A stretch of DNA of 64,000 nucleotides, taken from the human T2T-CHM13v2.0 reference genome, Homo sapiens. The DNA lies in assembly GCF_009914755.1 (NCBI RefSeq), contig NC_060947.1; one strand, given 5' to 3'. This document shows positions 13,131-28,437 of the stretch, piece after piece (the first letter of the stretch is position 1; each line of letters starts with the position of its first letter). Below the pieces are notes generated by a model. That model did no database searches. It was given only the letters and a program-made list of their open reading frames with translations, and was not told the origin of the DNA. The translations under genes were made by a program, and so were the position numbers.

Positions 13131-13300
13131 CCAAGGCGTGAATACAACTTGTCGGTCCCAAACCAACATCAATATCACGTGGGAACTTCTGAGAAATGCA
13201 AGTTGACACGAGACCTCAAAAGTCAGAAATTCTGGGGTTGGGACACAGCACTCTGTGTTTTACCGGTGATTCTAATGCATGGTCAACTTTGAGAAACCCT
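13131..13300. mobile_element. MER5A (hAT-Charlie)
   Basis: atcacgtgggaacttctgagaaatgca...tcagaaattctggggttggg...ggtgattctaatgca...tttgagaaacc. Confidence 0.8.
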
Positions 13301-13749
13301 AAAGTGTATGTTTCTAAAAACAACCGTGGTTCTAAATGTAACAAAGATGTGTCCTGGGTAATGTCTAAAGCACCAAATCCTGATAGATCTGAATGCCCTG
13401 AGATACATTTAATTGCCATTCAGCCTTAGTTGATAATCAGAATTTATTTGGCACCTATAATGATTTCTGCATTGTGTGGAATGCATATACTTCCCTTAAG
13501 ATTTTATAATCCAGGTGCAAATATATGCTTACAATAACTGGAAAAGTGAAAGGCACGTAAAATAAAATTTAGACCGAACAAATTGAACTCCAGTTCAGAC
13601 TGTGTCACCACAGTACTTTCTTGTGTCCCTTAATCACTTATCTTTCTCCTTTAGTCCTCAGAATAACTACATCTTGTAGGTCTTATTAGCCCCATAATAA
13701 AGGAACTTGCTCAAATTTCCATTTTTAATAACTGTCACAGAATTTTTAA

Positions 13750-14615
13750 AAATTTATTTTAACTTGTTATTTTCAAATACTTATAGATTCACAGGAATTT
13801 GCGGGGATAGTATACAGAGATCCCATGTACCCTTCACCCAGTTTCTCCCAAAGATTAACTACAATAACTACAATTCAGTATCCTACAATAACTACAATTC
13901 AGTATCAAAACCAGGAAACTGACATTGATATGTATACATATTTCTATTTCATCACTGATTTGTGTAACCTCAACCTCCACAAATAAACACCTGTTTCATC
14001 ACCACAGAGATTTGCCTCATGCTACCCCTTTACAGTCACAACAGTCACCCTCCCTAAATATCCCTAAAGCCTGGTACCAATCAATTTGTTCTCCATCACT
14101 GTAATTTTGTCATTTTAAGAATATTAGATAAATGCAATGATTCGGTATGTAACCTTTTGAGATTGGCTTTTTTTTTTTTTTGGCATTCTGTACTTGAGAT
14201 CCATTTAAGTTGTCATCAATAGCTTATTTCCTTTTATTGCTGAGTAGTAGTTCATGGCATGGATGTTCTATAGTTACTTTATTCACATACTGTGGGATAT
14301 TTTCGTTGTTTCCAGGGTTTGGTCACTACAAATAAAGCTGCAAAACAATCATGTAGTTTTTCATTTTTCATTCCTCTAGATTCATGTCCCAGAGTGTGGT
14401 TATAATTTACCATATAAATTTTAGAATAAGTTTATCTACAAATAGATCTACAGATCTATCTACAGAATATCTTTCAGGTAGAATTTTGATAGGAATTGCA
14501 TTAAAATTATGAATACATTTTGGAAGAATTGATGTTTTTACCGCATTGATTCCTCCAATTCATTAACATAGTACATATGTCCAATATTTAGGTTATCTTT
14601 AATTTATTTCATCAT
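13750..14615 (-). mobile_element. Old L1M (L1MB/MC-type) 3'UTR plus ORF2 fragment
   Basis: tatagattcacaggaatttgc...tcccatgtacccttcacccagtttctccc; later tttgataggaattgcattaaa. Confidence 0.8.
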
Positions 14616-14784
14616 ACTCGGCTTTTTTACACAGTGCTTTGTGTTGTGATTAGATATATTAATATTTCTAATATAATGGCACTACTGTCGGTTATGCATG
14701 TGATTGCACAAAAAAAGGAAAACAGCAGAGTTTCCAAAACCCGTTCTTTTCCTGTTTGTTTTTGCTTTTTAAGAAATTTTCATT

Positions 14785-15068
14785 TAAGAGATGGAGGCTT
14801 GCTCTGTCATCCAGGCTGGAGTGTAGCGACACAATCATACCTCGTTATAGTCTCAAACTCCTGGGCTCAAGTGATCCTCCTGCCTCAATCTTCTGAGTAG
14901 CTGGGTCTACAGGTGAATGCCACCATATTCAGCTAATTTAATATTTTTTTTAGAGACAGGGTCTTGTTATGTTGCGCAGGCTGGTCTTTAACTTCTGGCC
15001 TCAAGTAATCCTCCTGCCTCAGCCTCCCCAGGAGCTGGGATTATAGGCATGAGCCACCACACTCGGCC
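14785..15068 (-). mobile_element. AluJ SINE
   Basis: Diverged Alu with AluJ diagnostics (ctcaaactcctgggctcaagtgatcctcc). Confidence 0.9.
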
Positions 15069-15114
15069 AGTTTGTAAAAAGAAGCACATTTAAAAATGTT
15101 TACGTTGTTAAAAA

Positions 15115-16375
15115 ATGTTATATGCTTGTTGGCCGCTTGTATGTCTTCTTTCAAGAAGTGTCTGTTCAGGCCGGGTGTGTTAGCTCATGCCTGTAATTCT
15201 ATTACTTTGAGAAGTTGAGGCAGGCAGATCGCTTTGAGCTCAGGAGTTCAAGACCAGCCAGGGCGACATGGTGAAACCCCATCTCTAAAAAAAATACAGC
15301 CGTGATGTCAGGCGCCTGTCATCACAGCCACTCAGGAGGCTGAGGCTGGAGAATCGCTTGAGCAGGGGAGGTGAAGTTTGCAGTGAGCCGAGACTGTGCC
15401 ACTGCACTTCAGCCTGGACTAAGAGCAAGACCCTATCTCAAAAAAAAAAAAAAAAAGTGTCTGTTCATATACTTTGCCCATTTTTAATGAATGTATTTGT
15501 ATTTGGTTTGTTGATTTAAGTTTCTTATAGATTCTGGATACTAGGCCTTTGTCAGATGCATATTTTGTGAATATTTTCTCCCATTCTTCGTCTGTTTACT
15601 TTGTTGATGTTTCTTTTGCTTTGCAGAAGCTCTTTGGCTTAGTCAAGTTCCACTTGTCAATTTTTGTTTTTGTTGCAATGGCTTTTGGGGACTTAGTCAT
15701 AAATTCTTTGCCAAGACCAATGTAAAAAAGGGTACTTCCTAGGTTTTCTTCTAGGATTTTTTACAGTATGAGGTCTTATATTTAAACCTTTAGTTCACCG
15801 TCAGTTGATTTTTGTATATAATGAAAAGTAGAGGTCCAATTTCAATCTTCTGCATGTGGCCAGCCAGTTTTCCCAGCACCATCTATTGAATAGGAAGTCC
15901 TTTCCCCATTGCTTATTTTTGTTGACTTAGTCAAAGATCAGATGGTTATAGGTGTGTCGCTTTGTTTCTGGGTTCACTATTCTGTTCCATTGGTCTATGG
16001 TCTGTTTTTGTACCAGTACCATGCTGTTTGGGTTACTGTAGGCTTATAGTATAGCTTGAAGTCAGGTAGTGTGATGCCTCTTGCTTTATTCTTTTAGCTT
16101 AAGATTGCTTTGGCTCTATGGGCTCTTTTGGTTCCATACAAATTTGGATTAGTCTTTTCTAATGAAAATGAAAAATGAAAATTGACGTTGGTAGTTTGAT
16201 AAGATTAGCACTGAATCTGTAAATTGCTTTGGGCAGTATGGCCATTTTAACAATATTTATTCTTCCAATCCAAGAGCATGAAATGTTTTGCATTTATTTG
16301 TGTTGTCTCTGATTTCTTTCAGCAGTGTTTTGTAGTTCTCCTTGTATAGTTCTTTCACCTCCTTGGTTAGCTGCA
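15115..16375 (-). mobile_element. L1PA/L1PB ORF2 fragment (inverted part)
   Basis: Typical antisense L1 ORF2 text; track peptide [26 protein letters not shown]. Confidence 0.9.
15169..15456 (+). mobile_element. AluJb-like SINE inserted in L1
   Basis: GGCCGGGTGTG...A-tail; TSD AAG(A)AGTGTCTGTTCA on both sides. Confidence 0.92.
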
Positions 16376-16735
16376 TGGTCATGAAAAAGAATGAAATCAT
16401 GTACTTTGCAGCAAGATGAATGCAGCTGGAGGCCATTATCCTATGCAAATTAACACAGGAACAGAAAACCAAATACCGCATGTTCTCACTTATAAATGGG
16501 AGCAAAACACTGAGTACACAGTGGACATAAAGATGGGAACAAGAGATACTGGGGACTACTAGAGGGGGAATGGAGGGAAGCGGGTGTGAGCTGAAAAACT
16601 ACCTACTGGGTACAATGCTCACTACCTGGGTGACTGGATCATCAGTACCCCAAACCTCCACATCACACAATATGCCCTTGTAACAAACTCCTGAACATGT
16701 ACCCCCGATTCAAAATGAAAGTTGAAATTATTTTG
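16376..16735 (+). mobile_element. L1PA/L1PB 3' end (sense part)
   Basis: aaaaagaatgaaatcatg...aaataccgcatgttctcacttataaatggg...aacatgtacccc. Confidence 0.9.
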
Positions 16736-17439
16736 TTAAAATTTTAATGAAATTACAATTGTTTACAGATGAATTAATTAGACATACATTTTTCAAAAAT
16801 ATAAAGCATAATTTTTATTACAGTGAACTCATACACATTTTTTTAAATTACTTTTTTTTGTCTACACTTAGATGATACATGTTGTAAAATGAAGACTGGC
16901 CCATGATTATATTCCAATATTAACCAGTCATCCTTGTGTTATTAAATAGATGGCATATTAATTAGAAAGAACTGAATATGGTAAACGTAAAGTGAACAAG
17001 GAGTTAATTCTTAAATAATTGGAAACCCTAAAGGCATTATTTTATATTACTTTGGAAGTGCAGGGTCATTTTCCCAACTTGTTTGATTATTTAATATAAT
17101 TCCAAGCATTATGATTAATGCAGCTTCACAGGACAAATAAGTTGAAGAGAAACAGGCTTATTAGGTAATATACTTATATAAAATTCACAAATTTATTGAT
17201 TAGGGAAAAAATCATTATGGATCATTTCTACTTCCTTTTTCCACAGTGATCCATATTGGTTGAAATGTTACCCATATTATAAGGCATATATTTCTTAGGT
17301 GTTTAAAAAATCTCTTTAGTTAAGTCCAATGGGAAAATATGCTAGTTTGTGAGTGAGTTTATAGGCACTAGGACCAGAAAAAATAAGACAAATAGAATTC
17401 AAGCAATTTGGAGGGTGTCCAAATAGACAAAAATGTTTC

Positions 17440-19410
17440 ACTGATGTTTTGATAGGAATTGCATTCAAACTATAGATTAGTTTTGGAAGAATTGATATAT
17501 TTACTATGTTGTATCCTCCAATTCCATTAATACAGTATATATCTCCGTTTATTTAAGTCTTTGCATTATTTCCTTAGCTTTTTAGTTTGTAGTATATAGA
17601 TCTGGTAAATGTTTTATTAGATTCATAAGTATTTCATTGTTTCAGAGTGACTGCAAGATACTATGTGAAAAATTTTGGGTTTCAGTAGTTAATTGCTTGT
17701 ATACAAAAATACAATTAATTTTTAATAATCATTTTACTGTGATAAGATTTAATATGAGATCTACCCAACGAACAGATTCTTAAATTATAATGCTGTATTG
17801 TTACATATAGATACGATGTTGTACAGCAGATCTCTAGAACTTATTCATCTTATATAAATGAAACTTCATATTCATTGATTAGCAATTGACTTTTATAAGT
17901 TGATCTTGTATCCTAAGACCTTAACAAACTCATCATTTCTAAGAGTAACTTTGTAGAATACCTGGGATTTTACATAGATCATCATAACATCTGCAAATGG
18001 AGACAGTATAACTTTTCCTTCCTGATTTGTACGCTTTTATCCACTTTTCTTGCATTTTTACACTAGCTAGAACTTCCAGTACTATGAATAATAGTAGGGC
18101 TGAAAGCAACCGTCTTTGCCTTAATCCTAATATTAGGAAGAAAGGTGTAAATTCTTTCATTATTATTACAATGTTAGCTATAAGATTTCTGTAGTTATTC
18201 TTTTCCAAGTTGAGGACGTTCTCCTCCATTGTTAGTTTTCTGAGAGCTTTTATCATAAATGGGGCACTGAATTTTGTCAAACGTTTTTTCCCCTCCATCA
18301 ATTGATATGATCAAGTGATTATTCTTCTTTAGCTTCTTAATATAATGTGTAAAAATTTGTTAAGGCTTTTTGTCTCTATATCCATGAGTTTTATTGGTCT
18401 GTAATTTGTTGACTCTTCTACTGTGCTTACCTGGTTTTATTATCAAAATACTTCTTCCTCATAAAGTACATTTGGAAGTGTTGCCTCCTCTTCTATTTTC
18501 TGGAAGTTGACAGTTCTCTCCTTTCATCACTTGAAAAATGTCATACTTCTTCCTTCGGGCTTTCATGGTTTCACATAAGAAATCCTCTGCCATTTGAACT
18601 TTTTTGCCTATAGATAAAGTGTCTTTTTCTCTTTCACTGTTTTTAAGACTTTTTTTAAAAAAAAAATATAACTAGTTTTCAGACATTTGACTATGATGCG
18701 TCTAAGCATGAGTTTCTTTGGGTTTATCCTGTATACTCAGCTCCTTGAATCTGTAGGGTTTTGCATTTTACAAAATTTGGTATTTTTCAATCATTATGTG
18801 CTTGAGTACTTGTTCAACAACACCCTCCCTTTTTGAAACTCTGATGGCATAAACCGTAGATCTTTTATTATAATCCCATAGGACAACTGAGAATATTTTC
18901 ATTTTAAAAATCGTTTTTTTCCTTCTTGTTACGACTGTGTAATTTCTATTGTCCTATCTTTCTGCACACAGATTTCCCCTGTCTCCTCACCTCCATTCTA
19001 CTGTTGAGACCATTTATTGAACTTTTTTTTGATTACGATATTTTTAGTTCTAAAATGTCATGTCGTTCTATGTCTTCTATTTCTTTCTGACTTTTCCCAT
19101 TTTTTATTTGTTGCAAAATGTTTTAAAAAGCTTACTCAACAATTTTCGGGATGGCTACTTTAATATCCTTGCTAGATAATTCTGTCATCTTTGTCATGTC
19201 AGTATAAGTGACTACTATCTTTTTGCATTCCAGTTGAGATTTTCTTTTTTGGCATTTGGGATATTACATTATCAGACTCTGGATCTTATTTAAATCTATT
19301 TTAGCTCGTCCCCTTCTGACTGTTCTGGTGGAAGATAGAGGTAGAAGTGTGCTGCCTTATTGCCAGGTGGGAGTGAAGGTCCTGGTTCCCCACTCCATCT
19401 ATGGTTGATA
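17440..19410 (-). mobile_element. Old L1M ORF2/ORF1 fragments with nested L1MA 3' piece (~17730-17885)
   Basis: Degenerate ORF2 RT homology (LGLRQRRLLSALLLFIVLEVLAS in ORF 17939-18301). Confidence 0.8.
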
Positions 19411-19421
19411 CTTTAGAGATT

Positions 19422-19423
<2 letters not shown>

Positions 19424-19480
<57 letters not shown>
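19424..19480. repeat. (TG)28 microsatellite
   Basis: Perfect dinucleotide run. Confidence 0.99.
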
Positions 19481-19481
<1 letters not shown>

Positions 19482-19959
19482 CTGTAAATAAATTTTACTT
19501 GACACCATCTTAATTCCCTTTAAAATTAGTAAGTAGATATCTGGAACCTTGTGAGTTCATTTTTAAATGTTCAGATTTTTTTTTCCACTGGACAAAAAAA
19601 AAAAAAGAGCTTTAACTCACATTTCCATAGACAATGAAGCCCATGGCATTCACATAACGATGTGATTTCAGGACTTGGTACTACATATCAGTACTATCTA
19701 TAGAGTCAAGAAAGAAAACATTTGCTTACCAAATATAAGCAAAACTCAAAACTAATTTGCCTGTGTTGTGAAAATAATGACTCCTCACTTTGTGGATTGA
19801 TTCCCAACTGTTTTATGAGGTAAATGTACAGGGATTAATGAAGATTTTTAAAGATTTCTGAATGTAAGAAAGGTATTATGAGTACAAAGATAGTAAATGC
19901 ATTGATGCTAGTGAGCTGAGAATCAGTAACATGTTTTAATAGTTGTATCTCTTATGGGG

Positions 19960-20410
19960 TATTAGTGAAGATCCTGGTAGGAAATATAGGTAGCAGATTC
20001 AAAAGCATTTAACAGATAATAATTCGGTGAAAGAACTATGGACAAACATATAGGCAGGCTGATGAGAACAAATAAGGGATGGTGAGTCACCTAGCAAGCA
20101 GCAAGAGAGGTAATTTGTTTCTACCTCCAGGCCTAATATGTCAAGGTAAAGGAATAATGTTGGAATAGCAATAGAAAAGGGCAGTCACTACCAGGACCTT
20201 AGTGAGGCATATGTGAAGTGGAACACAAATATCCAAACCTTTTTTTCCCTTGCCCTCTGATGTCCAGCTGGTGTCACATAATTTCCTAAAAGTTAGTGCA
20301 CAAGAGGCGTTGGTGATACAAATGAAGAGACAAGCTTTCCAGGGCAAAAAACAGGGCAGAGAATTGCAAAATGGGTGTGGTAGCGAGGAGTGGAGCCACT
20401 GCCACTAATA
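19960..20410. mobile_element. ERVL-type solo LTR (LTR33/LTR41-like)
   Basis: gatcctggtaggaaatataggtagcagattcaaa...aagggatggtgagtcacctagc; similar to 31640-32150. Confidence 0.55.
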
Positions 20411-21569
20411 CAACTGAAGAATTTTTAGCAAGCAGGCTCACCCCTACCATTTCAGTCTTGGATGGATACTCAGTACTAGTGTGATACCTTGTAGAAAATA
20501 TGATCAAGGATGAATAGATCCTACGCAATGTAGCCTTTGCCTTCATTTTCAACCCTACATCTCTGAACTTCCTTGAGTTATGTTATGTGCTTTCCTACTA
20601 TTATATCTCAGATTATTTAAAAAATTCATCATACATGTTTTCTGAGCATGCAGCTTTACTCCCTTTTTGCATGTGTGATAAATAAATTGGGTGTATGTTT
20701 AAGGTGTTTCTTACCTGATGGAAGGCAAGCTCCATCAAAACAGTTGTGTCTTCCTTTTTAGTTGCTTTATCACTATTGCTTGTCATTTTGTTGTGTGAAT
20801 AAAATTGTCTCCACTTGCAATTTCTTTGTATTATATCCTTTGTGTATTATATGCTCCCTCATTCTTCTGGGCTTTGTTTAAATTTACTTTATGAAGATTA
20901 TTTTTTTTAGCTTCTCCTCACTCCCACTCATAGATGGGTCTAACAATATGAATGCATCTTTACTACTCAGCTGTAAACTTCTTGATATTAAGAATTAATT
21001 GCTATTTATATTATGTTGATAACTTTAGCTCTCAAAAGCACATTGGGTGTAATAGGAGTTTAGTGATATCAGTTGGAAAAAAGGAAACAGGCAAGAGAGG
21101 GAAATAAAGAAATTTATGATCCAGATCATCATAAAATTTAAAATAAACTTTGAATGTTTGAGAGTAGCAAACCAAATCTCTTTGAGAGTGTATGCTAAAA
21201 GAAATTATGAACCTTGGTACTATGGGATGACCATAGTGACAAATTCTCATTTAAAACAATGGAACTGGGCCGTGGAATAAATGTGTATTTATTTATGAAA
21301 CATTTATTAGGGCCAGATTTTCTGCATTAAAGATATGAGCTAACAACTTCAGGTCCCTGCCCTCAAATAGATTATACCTTGGGTATATTAAAAGAAAAGT
21401 TGACATTTTAATCGACCTGCTAATTGATAAACTTCAATAAGCTTGAAGACTTTCGTCTCAGAGAGGTACCTAATAGCAAGACCAGGTTTTAAAGATAACA
21501 CCGTATGCACTGCCTACTATAAAATATTGTCATTTAGGTTAAATTAAGCATTGCGTTTTAAAAAGCTGC

Positions 21570-22869
21570 TCCCAAACGCATACACTAGACAAGATGAAAA
21601 GTCTCAGATCAATAATCAAAGTTCTCATCTCAAGAAGAAAATAATAAAGAGTAAAAACTAATCAAAATAAAAACAGAAAAACAGTAAAGAAGATTCATTA
21701 ACAAAGAGCTATTTTTTCAAAACGGTCAATAAAATTGACAATGTGCTAAAAGTGACAAAGAAAAAATTGAGAGGACACAAGTTACCCGTATCAGAAATGA
21801 AGTAGGGAATATTACTACAGGCCTGGAAAATACAAAGAAAAAAAAAGACAGTAAGGGTTTACTATGAACAATTCTTCACATAAGTATTTAATAATTTAGA
21901 TGAAATAGATTGATTCTTCAAAAGGCACAAACTACTGTAAATCAATGAATATAAAATGGATAATTTGAATGGCCTAGACTTTGGCTATTTAATAGTAATT
22001 TGGATATACTAGATAATGAGTATAACTATTAAGGAAATATAACTCATAATTTAAAAACTTCTACAAAAGCAAACTTCTATAACTGCATTGGAAAAGTATG
22101 CCAATCTTGTGAAGAATTAACACCAATTCTACACATTCTTTTCCAGAACATGGAAGGGAAGAAAACAATTCTGAGTATATGTGTTGAGTCCAGCAATAGC
22201 CTGATACCCAAACCAGAAAAACAGTACAAAAGAAGAAAACTATAAATCCATATTCCTTACAAATATTAATGGAAAATTTATTAATACAATTTCAGCACAT
22301 AAAATTCAGCAATGTACTAATGGATCACTTGGGGTTTATTTCCAGGATGTAAATCTGGCTTGATATTTGAAAATTAGTCACTACAATCTACCATATTAAC
22401 AGGTCATAGAGGAAAAATCACACGATGTTATCAGTAAATGTACTAAAAGCATTTGACAAACTGATATATCTAATCTTGAAACAACCTGTCTGAAAAATAG
22501 GACTAAAGGAGAATTTCCTCAACTTAATAAACAACATCTACATAAACCTACAGCTAACTTCATACTTAATAGTGAAGTATTAAATGCTTTCCCCTTAATA
22601 TTGTGAACAAGGCGTGAATGCACACGCTCACCACTCTTATTCACGTACTGCTACAAGTTCTAGCCAGTGCAATGAGGCAAGACAATTAAATCAATCCATA
22701 CAGATGGGAAAGGAAGACATAAAATTGTCCCTTATATGTAGATGGCATGAAAATAAAATTTTCAAGCTATCTATAAATAATCTCCTAGAAATTATTGATA
22801 AGTGAATTCATCAAGGTAGCAGGATGCAAGATAAATATACAAAAATTGATTGTAACCATTTACATTAGC

Positions 22870-22870
<1 letters not shown>
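21570..22870 (+). mobile_element. L1M ORF2 fragment (5' part of the element resuming at ~25020)
   Basis: A-rich ORF2 homology: aaagcatttgacaaa, atgctttccccttaa. Confidence 0.8.
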
Positions 22871-25019
<2,149 letters not shown>

Positions 25020-25020
<1 letters not shown>

Positions 25021-26930
25021 CAATCACTTGCATTCTGTGAATTAATAATGAACATATGGACATGGAAATTTAAAATATAGTATATTTTACTATGTCACAA
25101 AAATTAAATATAAATCTAACAAGCCATGTACTTACATGGTGAAAGCAAAAAAAAGTTTTAGAAGTAAATCATAGAACATCTAAATTAATGAAGAAATATA
25201 TTGTGTTCGTGGATTGAGAGATTCAACACAGTAATGTCAATTTTACCCAAACTGTTACACAGTTTACACAATTTTTATCAAAATCTCAGCAATATTTTTG
25301 GAATTTAGGTGTAGGAAAAATTTATGTGAAAAGGCACTCTAAAATTTATGTGAAAAGGCAATGGATTTAGAATAGCTAAAACAATGTTGAAAAGGAAGAA
25401 TGAAGTAAGAGGAATAAGTCTACCAGACTGAAGACTTATTAAATAGCTACAGTAATCAAGATAGTGTGGTGTTGGTGTTGGGATAGACACGCAGATTAAT
25501 GGAACAGAATAGAGACTTCAGAAATAGACCCACACAAATTGCTCAACTGATTTTGACACAGTGCAAAATAATTCAGTGGAGCAAAGATAGTCTTTTCAAC
25601 ACATGGGTGTTAGAACAAGTGGACAAAAATAATGGAAAGAAAAAAGAAGAAAAAGAACCTTGACATAACTTTACACCTTATGCAAAATAAAATGCAAATA
25701 GATGATGAATTTAAATGTGAAACACAAAATAATAAATATTTTACAAAAACATACAGGAGAGTCTTCAGGATGAAAGGCTAGGAGGAGTTCTTAGATTTGA
25801 CGTTAAAATCGTGTGCCTTAAAAGACACAATTTGATAAATTTGACATACAAAATTTTAAAATTTTGCTCTGAGAAAGATGCTGCCAAGAGGATGAAGAGA
25901 CAGGCTGCACATCGAGAAAAATACCTGCAAACCATATATCTGACCATGCACTAGTATCTAGACTAAATGAAGAATTCATGTAACCCAAAAGTAAAAACAA
26001 AATAGACACAAAAAAATCCATTAGAAAAATGGGCAAAAGACATGGAGACATTTCACCAAAGACAACACATAGATGGCGGATAAGCTTGTGAAAAGATGTT
26101 CAGCATCATTGGCTCTTAGGGAAATTCGAATTAAAAACTCAATACGATATAACTCTGTGCATATTAGAATGGCTAAGTTAAAAAATAGTGACAACATCAA
26201 ACACTGGCAAGAATGCAGAGAAATGAGATCACTTACACATTGTTGGTGGAAACATGAGATGGTAAAGGTACTCTGTAAAAGTTTGGTGCATTGTAAAAAA
26301 CTAAACATACAACTAACCTACAGCCCAGAAATTTCATTCCATGGCATTAATCCCAGATAAATGAAAATTTGCTCATAAAAAAACTGTACATGAGTCTTCA
26401 TAGCAGCTGTATTTGTAATAGGCAGAAACTGGAAACAACCCAGATGTCCTTCAACAGGCAAATGGTTAATCAAACTGGCATATTCATACCATGGAATACT
26501 ACTCAGCAGTACAAAGGAACACATTGTTGATGCACATTACAAATCTGGAAGAATCTCCAGAGAATTATGCTGAGTGAACAAGGCTAGTCCTAAATAGCTA
26601 CATAATACAGGGTTTCATTTACATAACACTTTTGAGATGATAAAATTATACAAATAGAGATCATATTAGTAGTTGCTAGAGATTAAGGAGTGCCTGAGGG
26701 CAGGAAAAAAGTGGGTCTGACCATGAAAGGGCAACATGAGTGATCCTTGTGGTGATGGAAATATCCTGTATTTTATCTGTGCTGATGTCAATATCTTGTT
26801 GTAATATTGTTCTATAGTTCTGTGACTTTACCTTAAGGAGGGACTGGGTAAAATGGCACACAGGATCTTTCTGTATTATTTCTTACAACTGCATGTGAAT
26901 TTACAGTTATCTATCTATCTTTTTTTTTTA
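25020..26930 (+). mobile_element. L1MD-like 3' part
   Basis: ORF2 homology; 3' end gatctttctgtattatttcttacaactgcatgtgaatttacag. Confidence 0.8.
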
Positions 26931-27592
26931 AAAGACAGTGGGCTGGGTTTAGCCTATGAGCCAAAGTTTACAGACTCCTGCCATACGACACTGACATTCG
27001 TGCATACAAATAAATATAAGATAAAACTACATTGTGAAGCCTGATGGAGATTAGGTGGCATCAATGTCATGTTTAACACTGTTGCACTTGCTTTTTTTTG
27101 TTAAAAGGATACTGCAACTAGATTATATAACGTAACACACTTAAAAGAATTATCTAATTCAGGAAAATTTTAAATATGCAAATCAGAATTCTGGGTATCG
27201 TTTAAATAAAATATTTAGAGTCTTGTAAAAACAGGCTCTCAATGCCATTGTGTTATTGTTAATACTCAAAACTGTTTCATAAGTTTATTTATTGAAAGCC
27301 TAGACCAAGTTATTACTACACAAGAAAGAGTAAAGAAAACAATATAAATCTATGTGGATGACATTTTAGAGTGCAACTTCAGCAAACTTGTAGGCTCAAA
27401 TTAAAATCCTTTCCTAATTTCTTTCTTTAAAAAAGCAAAAGAAAAAAATCCCCTCCCTGTTAGAATTATTTTTTTACTCTGTTCTTAAAACCACCATTTT
27501 TTTCCATGGCAAGGCTAAGTTTTCATCCTGATAAGGTTTTTCTGAAGGTTTAATGTGTCATCCTAAGAAACAATTGGTAAGAATTGATAAGA

Positions 27593-27763
27593 ACAGAAGA
27601 TCCAACGATTGCGGTGCCTAAAGCTCGAGGCTATTCTTAGTTGTGCATATTTTTCGAGCACGTGATTATATGAAAGTTCTGCACATATTTTTGAAGACTT
27701 CTATGAAATAAAGGGGCCCAAAAGCTTAAGCTTCATTTGCTTCCTGACAACTCAAATCATCTG
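27593..27763 (-). mobile_element. hAT-Tip100 (Arthur1-related) fragment
   Basis: ggggcccaaaagcttaagcttcatttgcttc matches the Arthur1 terminal region. Confidence 0.5.
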
Positions 27764-27837
27764 GAAAGGAGAGAAGCTTTGAGAGGATTTATGTAGCAGA
27801 TGAAGCTGCACATGCTATTTTCTCTAATAGTTTTTAA

Positions 27838-27861
27838 AGAGAGAGAGAGAGAGAGAGAGAG
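27838..27861. repeat. (AG)12 microsatellite
   Basis: Direct observation. Confidence 0.95.
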
Positions 27862-28401
27862 TCTTTGAGTGGCATCCTGTTTTGAATACCTCACTACAGA
27901 ATGCCTTAAAAAGAAATGGAAAGAAAACACAAATAAACACCATTTATAATTTGGTTCAAAATTTTCTGAGCCCCACAATGAATATACTTACTCACTGAAG
28001 CCTGAGAGTCAGAGCCTGTTAATGGAAATCAGAGAAAATATTTGATTCGAATTTAAATGAGGTTTCACAAATGGATTGAATTTAGAGGAGGATAAAAAAA
28101 GTTTTATATTGGTTTATGTCTCAAAATTCTGTTCAGTTTTATAAAATGTTTAAACATTGTGAAGTCTGGTTATTTGAAAGATAGCTTTTAATCTATAGTA
28201 TATTAAAGATTAGTGCTTAAAGTATATTCTGGGTTTAATAGATGTCTAAACAACCTAAACAACCTAAAGCATTTATATTTCCTTAAACATTTTTAAAATA
28301 TTGAAAATCTTATGGTGAATCTTTAGAGTTAACTTTATTTGGAATATTGAGAAGTATGATGTTATTGAACCCAAGTTTAATATGTTATTGAACCCAAGTT
28401 T

Positions 28402-28403
<2 letters not shown>

Positions 28404-28435
<32 letters not shown>
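28404..28435. repeat. (GT)16 microsatellite
   Basis: Direct observation. Confidence 0.98.

Positions 28436-28437
<2 letters not shown>

Larger units (their letters stand above)
14410..17415. repeat. Copy A of an ancient local duplication (interrupted by ~2 kb of Alu/L1)
   Basis: Colinear matches to 29880-31125; see findings. Confidence 0.8.
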
